From contig NC_045696.1 in the NCBI RefSeq assembly GCF_009834535.1, positions 118,050,001 through 118,114,000 on the forward strand: a DNA stretch of 64,000 nt. Reading direction: 5' to 3'. This stretch comes from Camelus ferus. Lineage: Eukaryota. Positions within the stretch are counted from its first letter, which is position 1, and every line of letters begins with the position of its first letter. The notes under the pieces were generated by a model, which searched no databases, was not told the origin of the DNA, and saw nothing but the letters and a program-made list of their open reading frames with translations. The translations under genes were made by a program, and so were the position numbers. Shown piece by piece: positions 52,654-63,835 of this stretch.

Positions 52654-53489
52654 ATGAGGCGGCAGAGGAATATCTCCCAGGTCAATTTATCTGAGAAAGA
52701 GTTTAAAGTAATGATGGCAAAAATGTTCAGAGAACTCAAGAGGAGTATAGATGCACAGAGCAAAGTCTTCAGCGAAGAGTTGGAAGATACAAAGAATACC
52801 CAAGAGTCGAAGAACAAAATCACTGAAATGAATTACACACTAGAAGGAACCAAGAATAGACTCAATGAGGCAGAAGAACGGATCAGTGAGCTGGAAGACA
52901 GATTAGTGGAAATGACTACTGCAGAACAGAAAAAAAAAGAAGAATGAAAAGAAATGAGGCTAGGTTAAGAGAACTCTGGGACAACATGAAGTGCACTAAT
53001 ATTCTAATTATAGGGGTCCCAGAAAGAGAAGAGAGAGAGAAAGGACCTGAGAAAATTTTTGGAGAGATAATCACTGAAAACTTCCCCAGCTTGGGAAAGG
53101 AAACAGCCACCCAAGTCCAGGAAGTGCAGAAAGTTCCACACAGGATCAACCCAAAGAGGAACACACCAAGGCACATAGTAACCAAACTGACAAAAATTAA
53201 GGATAAGGAGAAAATATTAAAATTATCAAGAGAAAAGCAACAAATAACATATAAGAGAACTCCCATAAGGTTATCAGCTGATTTTCAAACAGAAACTCTA
53301 CAGGCCAGAAGGGAATGGCATGATATATTCAAGGTAATGAAAGGGGAAAATTTACAACCAATACTCTATTCAGCAAGGCTCTCGTTCAGACTTGATGGAG
53401 AAATCAAAAGCGACACAGATAAACAAAAGCTAAAAGAACTCAGCACCACCAAACCAGCTTTACAACAAATGTCAAAGGACCTTCTCTAG
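52654..53489 (+). pseudogene. L1 ORF1p, single frameshift in the A-run near 52930-52945
   Basis: MRRQRN...ISELEDRL (coiled coil), then LWDNMK.TNI.IIGVPE.EE, ENFP.L, TPRHI, PIRLSADF..ETLQARREW, LYSARLSF, TTKPALQ. Confidence 0.92.
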
Positions 53490-53551
53490 TCGTCAAACCA
53501 TAAGAAAAGAGAACAAAAAGAAGAAAGAGGAAAAAGAAAAAAGACCTACAA

Positions 53552-53830
53552 AAGATTGCTTTGGCTTTTTGGGGTCTTTTGTGGTTCCTTGTGAACTTTG
53601 GAATTGTTTGTTCTAGTTCTGTGAGGAATGTCGTGGGTATTTTGATAGGGGTTGCGTTGGAACTGTGGATTGCTTTGGGTGGTGTGGCCATTTTGATAGT
53701 GCTGATTTTTCCACTCCAAGAGCACAAGAAATCTTTCCATTTCTTTGTGTCATTTCAGTTTTTGGAGTATAGGTAACCTCCTTGGTTAGGTTTATTTCTG
53801 GGTATTTTGTTGTTTTTGATATAATGGAAA
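53552..53830 (-). mobile_element. L1 ORF2 (post-RT region) fragment, antisense to the ORF1 above
   Basis: Minus-strand [57 protein letters not shown] aligns to the conserved ORF2 motif [37 protein letters not shown]...LKFIWN.KR..IAK.I. Confidence 0.9.
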
Positions 53831-53897
53831 TGCTTATGTCAGTTATAAAATTCTGGTTTTTGAAGCAAAAAAAAAAAAAAAAAGTGAATGAAGGACC

Positions 53898-53944
53898 ACA
53901 AATGGCAAAGTATCCTTTCTTATGGGTGAGTTGTATTCCTTTAC

Positions 53945-53982
<38 letters not shown>

Positions 53983-54110
53983 CATCTTCATTATCTATTC
54001 AACTATTGATGTGCACTTAGGATGCTTCCGTATCTTGGCAATTATAAATAATGTTGCTGTTAATAGCAGGGTGTATGTATCTTTTTGAATTAATTCTTAT
54101 TTTGTGTTTG
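53898..54110 (-). mobile_element. Second, degenerate L1 ORF2 C-terminal fragment with (GT)n at 53948-53979
   Basis: 'caaatggcaaagtatcctttcttatgggtgag...cacttaggatgcttccgtatcttggcaattataaataatgttgc'. Confidence 0.8.
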
Positions 54111-54149
54111 GCTTTTTTTTTAAAAAATGGAGGAGGAAAGGAAAACCAC

Positions 54150-55206
54150 TGTGGTTGATTAATTGCAAAGAATGGCTCTAATCCTTTGCCCTCCTTTGAG
54201 GTATCACTTGGTAGTTTTCTCTGTCGGACTCTGGCTGGGAAAGGCAACTTGCTTGAGCCATTGGGGTATCACCACATATGTGTGAACAGGAGCTTGAAAA
54301 GCACTTGCTTGTCTCAGTTTGCACTCCTGTGCCCCCACCTCCACCGTGAGGAAATGAAAGGGCTATCCAGCTGGTGGATGAAAGACAAATGTCTAGTCAC
54401 CCTGTAACCAAGCAGGACCCTACAGGGCCTTCTCTGAACAGACCCCCCCCCCCCGCCTCTTGTTTGTAGAAAAATTTTAGCGTCCTAGGCCTTCCCTGAA
54501 TTCCAAAGAACAAATTTAATCGAGGAAATTAGAAAATGCAGACACAAAGGAAAACAGTCAAGCAAAACAAAATAATTGTTTAGTCATTAAACAAAGTCAA
54601 GTGTCTGTAGCTCCTCCTCACAGACTATAGACAATATTCCGAGCCACATCCTTGAGCTGTTTTGCAGATACTGGAATCCCCACCAGGTGGAAGAAGTTAA
54701 CTGCATGCTGACCACAAGCATTAGACTTCAGACCAATTGGAACCACAAGGTTGATGATGCTGACTCCTGATTACCTCACCACCAACCCATCAGAAGAATA
54801 TACACAAGCTGATCACGCACCCCATGACCTTCTCCCTCACCCTGTCTTTAAAAACCTTTTCCTGAAAGCCATGGAGGAGTTCACGTCTTTTGAGCATTAG
54901 CCACCTGCACTCCTTGCTGTGTGCCTGCAACCAACACTGCACTTTCCTTCACCACAACCTGGTGTCAGTAGGTTGGTTTTCTTCAGGTGGGTGAGTGGAC
55001 CCAAGTTAGGTTCGGTAACAACAGCTGTCACCTGGCAATGGTGAGCCTACCGTCTGACCCATCAAGTCCAGTCTGGATCAGGTGAACTACCTACAAAGCC
55101 CAACCTAAACTGCTGAACCACAGGCTAATGGACTAAATAAATGCCAATTAGTTTAAGCCACTGAGATTTGAGGTGGTACCTCTGAGGGTTACCATGGTAA
55201 CTGATA
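54150..55206 (+). mobile_element. MLT1-type LTR interrupted by an ERV LTR
   Basis: Start 'tgtggttgattaattgcaaagaatggctc', end 'gtttaagccactgagatttgagg...ggtaactgata'. Confidence 0.6.
54403..55020 (+). mobile_element. ERV1-type solo LTR
   Basis: 'tgtaaccaagcaggaccc...gacccaagttaggttcggtaaca' with TG...CA ends; TSD imperfect (accc/acag). Confidence 0.8.
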
Positions 55207-55789
55207 AGGGAAACTACCATTCTTCAATGCAGAGTCCCTAGTAGGCTCTCTGAGGATGCCAGGATGAGTAAGGCATAGTCCCTGTCCTCATACACTAGTA
55301 AGAGATAGACTCTGTAAACAGATAAACTGAATGTAAAGTAGTGCTCAATACAAGCACACACGTCTTGCTGTAAAAGCACTGCTCAGTTTCAATGTTTAGA
55401 AAGAATGATTATGATGTGAAAATGGATTGTATTATAAATGGATACAACACACATACATACACATGTGCACTGCTTGCACAATAGGGGATGTAGAATCAGG
55501 GACACCTACTCAAACTACTATAGCAAAGTGGGTGTTTACAGGTTTGATGCCTAATGTTCCTAAAGTTCACATATCTGTCCATTTAGTGTTTGGGAGAGGA
55601 ACCCCTATCATCTAGAGCCTCAATCAGGAGGTTACTAGTCTTTTCACGGGAAGGAAATAGAATACCACTCACTTCCTCAAGGTCTGTGCAAAACCGGAAC
55701 TAACAAGGGGCAAGGGCACAGAGCCCGCTGGCCGCACAGCAGAGAAAGATCCAATCAGAAAGGAGAACTGAGGCATCTTTGTCTAGTAC

Positions 55790-55956
55790 CTTCGCTACTC
55801 AAAGTGTGGTCCATAGACCAGCAGTATCAGCTTTACCTGGAACTCATTAGAAGTGCAAGTTTCAAGCCCATCCCAGACACACTGAATCAGAATCTTCAGT
55901 AGAACAAGGATCCCAGGAGACTCTTACGCACATTAAGAGTTGAGAAGCAGTTGGTC
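55790..55956 (-). mobile_element. MER5A-type MITE
   Basis: 'ctactcaaagtgtggtccatagaccagcagtatcagc...actgaatcagaatct...agttgagaagcag'. Confidence 0.75.
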
Positions 55957-56202
55957 TAGCCCACTCACTGCAAATGATTTCAAGCAAGCTTATCTGAGTA
56001 CAAAGGTACAGGAGCAAATGCAAGCCCCAGTCTTTCATGGGGTCCATTTGAATAAATAATAAAGAGAACATAAATACTGTTTTAAAAAATAAAAGTCATA
56101 ACAACATTTTATAATTGCTATACCATCAAACAATAATCAAACAATGCTTTTTCACACTGAAGGACAAGACCTACCCGAGGACTGGGAAATGGACTTAACT
56201 CC

Positions 56203-56410
56203 ATGTTTCCCAACTCTGGCTACACTTTACAATCACAGAGGTTGCTTTTTAAAGTCCCAGAGCCCGGGTCCTTCCCCAGAACAATTCAATCACAATCTTC
56301 AGTAGTGGGAAGGGGGCGATGGGGAGGGAATATGGGATGAACCCAAGCATCAGTATTTTTTAAAGCTCCCCGAGGGATCTTAATGCACAGCTAAATTTGA
56401 GAAGCGTACT
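56203..56410 (+). mobile_element. MER5B-type MITE
   Basis: 'gtttcccaactctggctacac...catcagtattttttaaagctcccc...gattcttaatgcacagc'. Confidence 0.7.
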
Positions 56411-56794
56411 TGGAGAAACACAGATTTAGGGGGTCACAAGTAGCAGTTCGTTTCAAAGCCTACACAGAAGAGCAAGAAGTGGCATGTAATTGAATAGAAT
56501 GCAATAGAATCAACAAGAAAACGCCAGCATCTCACTTGCAGACAGGGTATTATTTTGAGGCATTTCTGTTCTGTATATATGTCAGTGAGAGTGCATGTAT
56601 AGTGAATTATACTACAGAACACATTTCTAACTGTGGGGCACTGCCAAGAAATTTTTTAAACTACTGTTTTACAGTGAACATTAAACAAATGCATAAGCAA
56701 AGACGAAGAAATATTCACACATAAATGTCCTGATTTTTTTTTTAAGTTACATCCCAGCACAAATCCAGGCAAAATGAAAATAGGTTAGGACACA

Positions 56795-56964
56795 GGAAAC
56801 AAACTTACGGTTACCAAAGGGGAAATGGGGGTTATAAACTGGGAGTTTGGGATTGGCAGACACAAACTACTATATAAAATAAACAACAAGGTCCTACTGT
56901 GTTGCACAGGGAACTATATTCAATATCCTGCAATAACCTATAATGGAAAAGAGTATGAAAAGAA

Positions 56965-56999
<35 letters not shown>

Positions 57000-57069
57000 T
57001 AATTGAGTCACTATGCTGTACACCAGAAACTAATACAACATTGTAAATCAACTGTACTTCAATTAAAAA
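56795..57069 (+). mobile_element. 5'-truncated L1 3'UTR with TSD and internal (TA)n
   Basis: Same tail type as 19571; 18-bp TSD aaaat(a/c)ggttaggacaca at 56777-56794 and 57070-57087. Confidence 0.9.
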
Positions 57070-57812
57070 AAAATCGGTTAGGACACAAAATTACCTACAG
57101 ACCTTGAACAGACAGAAAGCAGAGGAATCTGGATTGCACTGGACTAACATTTACACCATTTTTGTTTGTTCTTTGTACTCATGCTCACTCTAACTATGGA
57201 GGAAAATATACATAATGAACTTCCACTAGTGAAAAGTCACCCTCAAATAATCTGTTATATCCATACAATCTTGATTTAGAGGACCTTTTCATATATTGTT
57301 AGATATTTGAAGCATGCGGGTAGTGAAATTTAGCAGACTAAGCCACGAAGAGAAAGAACACTCCTTGTAATAGTGGGTTCCCCTCGAAAATCTGCTAAAA
57401 GCAAAGAGGTTTCCTTTATAAAAATACACATATTTAGCTAGGCATAGGATTTTACATGAAAATAAAGAAGCCCTAAACCCACAGGTACACTACTTTTCCA
57501 CAGTGTGGATCTCCAGATTAAGAGCCCCTAACAGAAGGTGGTTTAAGAAAGCTTACTTCCAGGTGGGTGTGCTAAAAGTTATCCAAGTCTCCATGAATCA
57601 ATGACAACTTGATATGCAGAGTTTTCATCTCACAGAATTAATAAAGCAGGGAACAAACTCAGTAATTGAAGACTTGCAGTAATCTAAGGTGAGGTCCCTG
57701 CAGCCCAGTTCTAAGGTTCTGCCAGTGGTGCAGTTCCACCGTGCTTGTGCTGGATTGAGCTTTCTAGCCTTCTTTTCTGTCCTCTTTCTCTCTCTTCCTG
57801 TTTTAATCTTTT

Positions 57813-58277
57813 TTTTTTTTAAATTATGGTAAATATATATACTTAACATAAAATTTACCATCTTACTCTTTATAAGTGTACGATTTTGTAGTGTTAAGTA
57901 CGTCCTTGTTCTGCAAGCAATCTCTAGAACTCATTCATCCTGCAAAACTAAAGCTCCACACCCATTAAATAAAAACTTCCCCTTTTCTCCTCCCCCCAGC
58001 CTCTGGCAACCGCAACTCCACTTTCCTGTCTCTATGAATTTAACCACTCTAGGGACCTCATAGAAGTGGAATCATACAGTATTTGTTGTTTGGTGTCTGG
58101 CTTATTTCACTTAGCATAGTATCCTCAAAGTTCACTGTGTTGTACATACATCAGAATTGCCTTCCTCTTTAGGCATGAATAATACTCCATTGTAAGTACA
58201 CACCACATTTTATTTATCTGTTCATCTGTATATGTACACTTGGGTTACTTCCACCTTTTGGTTGTGAATAATGCTGT
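57813..58277 (-). mobile_element. L1M-type 3' end with TSD
   Basis: 'aacataaaatttaccatc...ggacctcatagaagtggaatcatacagtatttg'; tgttttaatctttt at 57799 and 58278. Confidence 0.87.
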
Positions 58278-58593
58278 TGTTTTAATCTTTTAAAGGCTTG
58301 TTGCAAAGTTCACCCCAGACAGCAGCCAGGAAGAACCTTAATTGGGAGTCTAGAGTAATCCTAAAATGAAAGAAAATACTTTCTATTAACCATCATCAGG
58401 GACGAAAAAAAGTGTAAACCTCAGATTTAACTTGCCACACAATAACTTGAGTGTGGAATGATCTGTTCTCACACAGAAGAGTTGATTTTAAATGTCTCTC
58501 TTTTTTCTGATTATAAAAATAATATATATTCACTATAGAAAATTTGGAAACCACAAAAAAGGATAAAGAAAACTGTCAAAACTGTCCCTAGAA

Positions 58594-58731
58594 GGGGAGG
58601 GTATAGCTCAAAGTGGTAGAACACATGTTTAGCATGTATGAGATCCTGGGTTCAATCCCCAGTACCTCCTCTAAAAAAAAGTAAATAAATAAATAAACCT
58701 AATTACCGCCCTCCCCCTCAAAAAAAAAAAA
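58594..58731 (+). mobile_element. tRNA-derived SINE (vic-1-like) with TSD
   Basis: ggggagggTATAGCTCAAAGTGG...GGTTCAATCCC, A tail; aaaactgtcccta at 58578-58590 and 58732-58744. Confidence 0.92.
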
Positions 58732-59319
58732 AAAACTGTCCCTAAACTATCAACAGATACCTAAAGATTTTAGTGGTTTTCTTCTAGTTTTTTCCTGCTG
58801 TATTATATACATGTATATAAAAGCTGTGCAGTATATATATAGCTGTATACAATTTAAAAACCAACTGGAATCATAAAGCATATAATTTTGTATCCCTTTT
58901 CCTTTTACAACATTATAGTGCATTGTTAGTGTTTTCTCAAGTTATTGAAATTCTTTCCAATGTCTATGTAATATTCCATTTCATGGATATATCATAACTA
59001 ACCATTTTCCTATTGTTGAATGTTTGCTAACTTCAATGCATTATACATGATAATCTTCTGATAAATATCTTTCTATAAAATTATTGTCTACATTGCTGAT
59101 TATTTCTTTTAGATAGAACACTGGAAGTGGAATTGTTGAGTCTAGTGATTTGGCAGTATGTATTAAGAGATTTAGATAAATTCACATCCTTGGATCCCAT
59201 AATTCTAGAGTATTATTTTTATTATTCTTTGCTTATTTGTGAGACCAAAAAACAATTAGTATTTTGTTTTTCTTCAGTTTTGCATCTTTCATAAGTTTAA
59301 TGGCCCTTTGCATTTCTTC

Positions 59320-59722
59320 TTAAAAGGCAAAATTATGGAGGCAGTAAGAAGATTAGTGATTGGGGGTGAAGGAGGCATGGAAGAAAGAGGTGAAGAGGTG
59401 CGGAACAGAGGATTTTTAGGCAGTGAAAATTGTACTGATACCGTGTATGATGGATTCATGTCATTATACATTTGTCCAAAGTCATAGAATGTACAACACC
59501 AAGAGTGAGCCCTAAAGTAAACTATGGACTATGGGTGATTATGATTTATCAATTGTAAGATATGCATCACTCTGGTGGGGATGTCAATGATGGGGGAGGT
59601 TATACATGCTTGAGAGGAGGGGCCATATTGGAAATCTCTGTACCTTCTCCTCAATTTTGCTGTTAACCTAAAGTTTCAGGTTGTAAAAACATAAAGACCT
59701 AAAAACAAAAACAAATAAAAAA
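59320..59722 (+). mobile_element. L1MB/MC 3'UTR
   Basis: 'ggatttttaggcagtgaaa...catagaatgtacaacaccaagagtgagccctaaagtaaactatggact...ggaaatctctgtacc'. Confidence 0.82.
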
Positions 59723-61593
59723 TGTTTTATGGCTTACAGAAGATTTGAATATTATTGGAGTTAAATCTATTAACCCTTTGTGATTTCTTAAACTGTTTTT
59801 ATGCTTAGAATGCCCTTGCCCAGGGCAAATTGATTAATTAATCTTTGATAATTTAATATTTCCATTTTTATATTTTTTAATCGACCTAAAAGTTATCTTG
59901 ATATCCTGTAAGGTGAGAAACTGACAATCTATTCCCACCCCTATCCTCACTGACTAGCTAACCCACCAAATTTAGCTAATTTTCCCAAAAGGAATAAATG
60001 TTCATGACATTTTGGGAAAGAGTGCTGTAGCATTTTATTATTAAGAATTATTTGTGCTATTGTTTAAGATAGTTATTAGGGAGATATGATTCTACTTTTG
60101 GTTCATTAAGAGTTTCTATCATGAATGAACGTTCACTTTCTTAAATAACTTTTTTAGCCACTACTAAGATAATAATGAATTTTTCAGTTTGTCCTAAAGA
60201 CATGATATGTATATATGACATCCTAATACTAGAGTACCTTTGCCTAAATATAACTAAATCCTGGCAGATTGTTATTTTACTATAACTGATTAATTCACTT
60301 TATTAATATCTTATGTCATTGTGGGTTTTGATCCTATTACATCAATAAAATTGTATATTTTTTAGGTTTTGTTATCAAAGTCACATTAGTTTCATAAAAT
60401 TGTTGTATAATTCTCAATAAAATTTCCACCTTATTTGCTGTTATATCTACTTTGTATGAAAACTAATATTTCTTTATTTTTTCTCTTTTTTCAAAGAAGT
60501 ACTTCTTGAACTGATCGATTCTTCTACTTGTTTCAGTTTTTATTTATTAATCTCTGCTTTTACCTTTATCAATTCCATACTTCGATCTTTTCCCAGTTCT
60601 GTGGTTGAGTTTTTTTCCTTTTTGTTTCTCCTTTTGTTTTGGGGATTTTTAAAAATGAAGTATAATACATTTACACAAAAATGCACAAATATATAAGTAA
60701 AGCTCAAATTGCAATCATCAGAGTCAGTTAATTCCATTTGTCTCTTATAAGAAGGACAAAATAGTCAAATGGAACATTATTCTATGGACAGTTGAAAAGG
60801 CACAACTCCCATTTGTGGAGCACAAATTGTGATGTATATATGTTAAATCAGCCTTGATAATTATATTATTCAAATTATATTTGGTATATACTATTCAGAC
60901 TATTTTATAATTTGATTGCAAATAGCAGATTCCATATGAACATTATTAGGACAAAGGAGGATTCACAGGCTACACTGAATGGAGTTCCTGTTAACTTGCA
61001 ACCAAAAATTTCTAAATCCACTGTAAGGCATTCTAGGAGAATTTCTCCAGTTTGTCCTCCATGTGACTGGTTTATTATTTTGCCCTTTACTCTCTTCTAT
61101 GTAGATTTTAATTCTGCGTCTGGATTTTGAGTTTTCTTACATTCTTTCTTTTCTCATTTCCTTTCATCCCTATTTTTATGTCAGACTCTTCACTTCTGTC
61201 CTCTTCACAAAGAAACCATGTACTTGGGCATTGATTTCCTTATTTCAAGCAAATATCTTGTAAAATTTTAACATATTTCTTAGAGACAAATTTTTCCAGA
61301 AACATGAACTTCCTTTGAACAGTAAAAGGTGGTGTATTGTTCCTGTATGTTACAGTATTTTTTCACATACCCCTTTTCATGAGCCCAGAATTTTTTCTGC
61401 TTTTCATGTTGGAATTTGGAGAACACTATTGTTCAAGCTCAGTGTTTTCCAATAGACAGAGCGAATGTCCTCGACTATTCTTAAACTTGAACCTGAAGGT
61501 CGAGTTATTGTGTAAAGTCTCTAATGCAGCGCATATTGAGCAGAGATGTTACCACTCCAAAAGGAGAAATGTGGGCAGATGGCTTAGTTCGTT

Positions 61594-62172
61594 TGGTAGA
61601 CAAGCAGGCAGAATAATGTCCCTTTCAAAGATGTCCATGCCCTAATCCTTGGAATTTATGAATATATTACTTTAAATGACAAAAGGAACAGATGTGATGA
61701 AGGTTAGGGTCCTTGAGATGGAGAGGTTATCCAGGATTATCCTTAAAAGTAGAGACACTTTCCATCTTTCCAGGCTGTGGTCAAAGAGAGATGTGATGAC
61801 AGAAGGACCAGAGGGATGTTATAGGAGAAGGACTCAACCAGCTGGCATTGACTCTGAAGATGGAGCGAGGAGACCACCAGCCAAGGAATGTGGGTGGCCT
61901 CTCGAACTAGGAAGAGCCATAAGTGACAGCCAGCAAGAAAATGAAGACCTTGGCTCTACAACTTCAAGGAACTGAATTCTGCCAACAACTCAAATGAACA
62001 GGAAACTGACTCTCCCTTAGAGCCTCCAGTAAGGAATATAGCCTGCTGACACCTTGATTTCAGTTTGGTGAAATCTGTGCCAAACTTCCGACTTACAGAA
62101 GGAGAAGATAATAACTTGTGCTGTTTAAGAGGTTAACTTTGTGGTAATTTGTTATGGCAGCCATAGAGATGA
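61594..62172 (+). mobile_element. MLT1D-like MaLR LTR
   Basis: 'ggcagaataatgtccc...gagatggagaggttatccaggattatc...gaactgaattctgccaacaac...gtggtaatttgttatggcagccatag'. Confidence 0.82.
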
Positions 62173-62249
62173 ATATGGATTGTCTTAATGACAAGCAGAC
62201 CCTATTTTCCAGAGATGACACAATATTTCTTCTGACATTCTTCCCAATG

Positions 62250-62760
62250 AAAAGCAGATCTGCCCTTGACCTCAAATCTTGGTGGGCTTAGACTCACTTG
62301 CAGCCAAGAGTGCAGCAGAAGTGATGCTGTATGACTCTCAAGGCAAGGTCAGAAAAAGCCACGCCACTTCTACCTGGAACACTCACACTCAGAGCCCTGA
62401 ACTAGGTCTGATGATGAAGATTATTAAGCCGTAAGAGGCTACCATGTGGGGATGGTACCATACACATACCAAACCACATGGTGAGGCCTCGTGTTGGTAC
62501 TCTGATGAGCAGCCCAGCCTTTGAGTCCTCCCAGCCCATCTGCCAGATACATGAGTGAAGGAGAATTTTGATGATTCCAGCTGCCAGCCATTGACTTGCC
62601 CCCAGCCTTTGGAGTCTTGCCAGCTGAGGTCTGGACGGGGTGAGCTATAGAAAAGTACCCTAATTCCTGAGCTAGAGAATCTGTGAACATAACAAAATTA
62701 TTATTGTTCTGTTCCACAAAGTTTGGGGTAGTTTGGTACACAACATTAATAATTGGAGCA
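62250..62760 (+). mobile_element. MLT1-type LTR
   Basis: 'gcagcagaagtgatgctgtatgact...ccagccccagcc...aagtttggggtagtttggtacaca'. Confidence 0.65.
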
Positions 62761-63698
62761 CAGGGGGGACTACCTGAATCGAGTGCCCGAGGACCAGTGA
62801 AGCCAACAGTCCCACACAAAAAAGAACCACTTCTCCAAAACCAACACTGCTCCGGATGAAAACAGTTGTTCTAATATGTTAACATATGTCTCCTGGTCTG
62901 ATGCTGCATTTTTCTCCTGCTCTCAACATTGGTTTCTCTGGCTAAGCAGTTTGCAATTATTTGGAGAGTGTAGCGTCTTAGGAAGATCTACTCGCCCAGC
63001 AGGCAGTCTGCCTCATGGCCTGTCTCTGTCCCATTTAGAGCTTGATTCATTAGGTGAACTAAGAATCCCACGGTTTAACTTGGCTCTGTTCACTCACCCC
63101 TCTTTCTGCTGTGTTGTTTCTGTGAGTTGTTCCTATGGATGCTACTGAGATTAGGTAGAGGGAAGAGACAGGGAATGACAGAACTTTAGCTCCCACTGGC
63201 TCATTTGGTGTTTGTTTATGGTCAGCAAAGTACCTGCATGCTGGGGTTAAAGCAGACAGTAAGGGGAGTGCCAACTTTTCCCCCTTGTCCTCGACATCAT
63301 CTGTTTCACAGGGAAGAGCATATGGCAAGTAGTGAAAGAATGTGTTCAGTCCACCATCACCAATAAGACAGCTGAAATTTCATCTGGACTTTAGCAACTA
63401 TTCCTGTCATTCTGAGTCTACAGTACTGCTGCCATTTTTTCTCATTTTCTGTACCTTTATGGGCCCTTAAACAGGAAATTATAAGCCAGCCTATCAGACA
63501 TCGCTAGACAGTCCCTTTGTGAACCCAAATTGTAGACACGCTTTTAAAGTCTTTTGCCCTACGAATGTATCTTCAATATCTGAACATAAGATATAGAAGT
63601 TAAATGAAAGAATAGTCTGATATATGGAATTTAAATCTACTCCAGCTTTTCAGGAATGCATCTGTTCATGTCCTAAGGCACACATAAACAAACTGATG

Positions 63699-63835
63699 GG
63701 GGAGGATATAGCTCAGTGGTAGAACACATGCTTAGCACGCACAAGGTCCTGGGTTCAAATCCCAGTACCTCCATTTATTTTTTTTAATTAAAAATAAATA
63801 AATAAACTTAATTACCTTCTCCACCAAAAAACCCC
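63699..63835 (+). mobile_element. tRNA-derived SINE (vic-1-like)
   Basis: ggggaggaTATAGCTCAGTGG...GGTTCAAATCCC, (aaat)n tail. Confidence 0.88.

Larger units (their letters stand above)
51687..54126 (+). mobile_element. Composite non-autonomous L1 derivative: 5'UTR + ORF1 + antisense ORF2 piece + poly(A) + extra 3' segment
   Basis: L1-like start 'caagatggcagag' near 51696; ORF1 at 52654-53489; exact 14-bp TSD ATGGAGGAGGAAAG at 51673-51686 and 54127-54140. Confidence 0.8.

Noticed and set aside
53667..53830. APOBEC3 editing as the cause of the substitution bias
   Set aside because: APOBEC3 gives G>A/C>T changes; the observed excess is A>G on the + strand (T>C on L1 sense).
58594..58670. tRNA genes at the A/B-box sequences
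   Set aside because: These are multiple diverged copies with a non-tRNA 3' body, A tails and TSDs, so they are SINEs.
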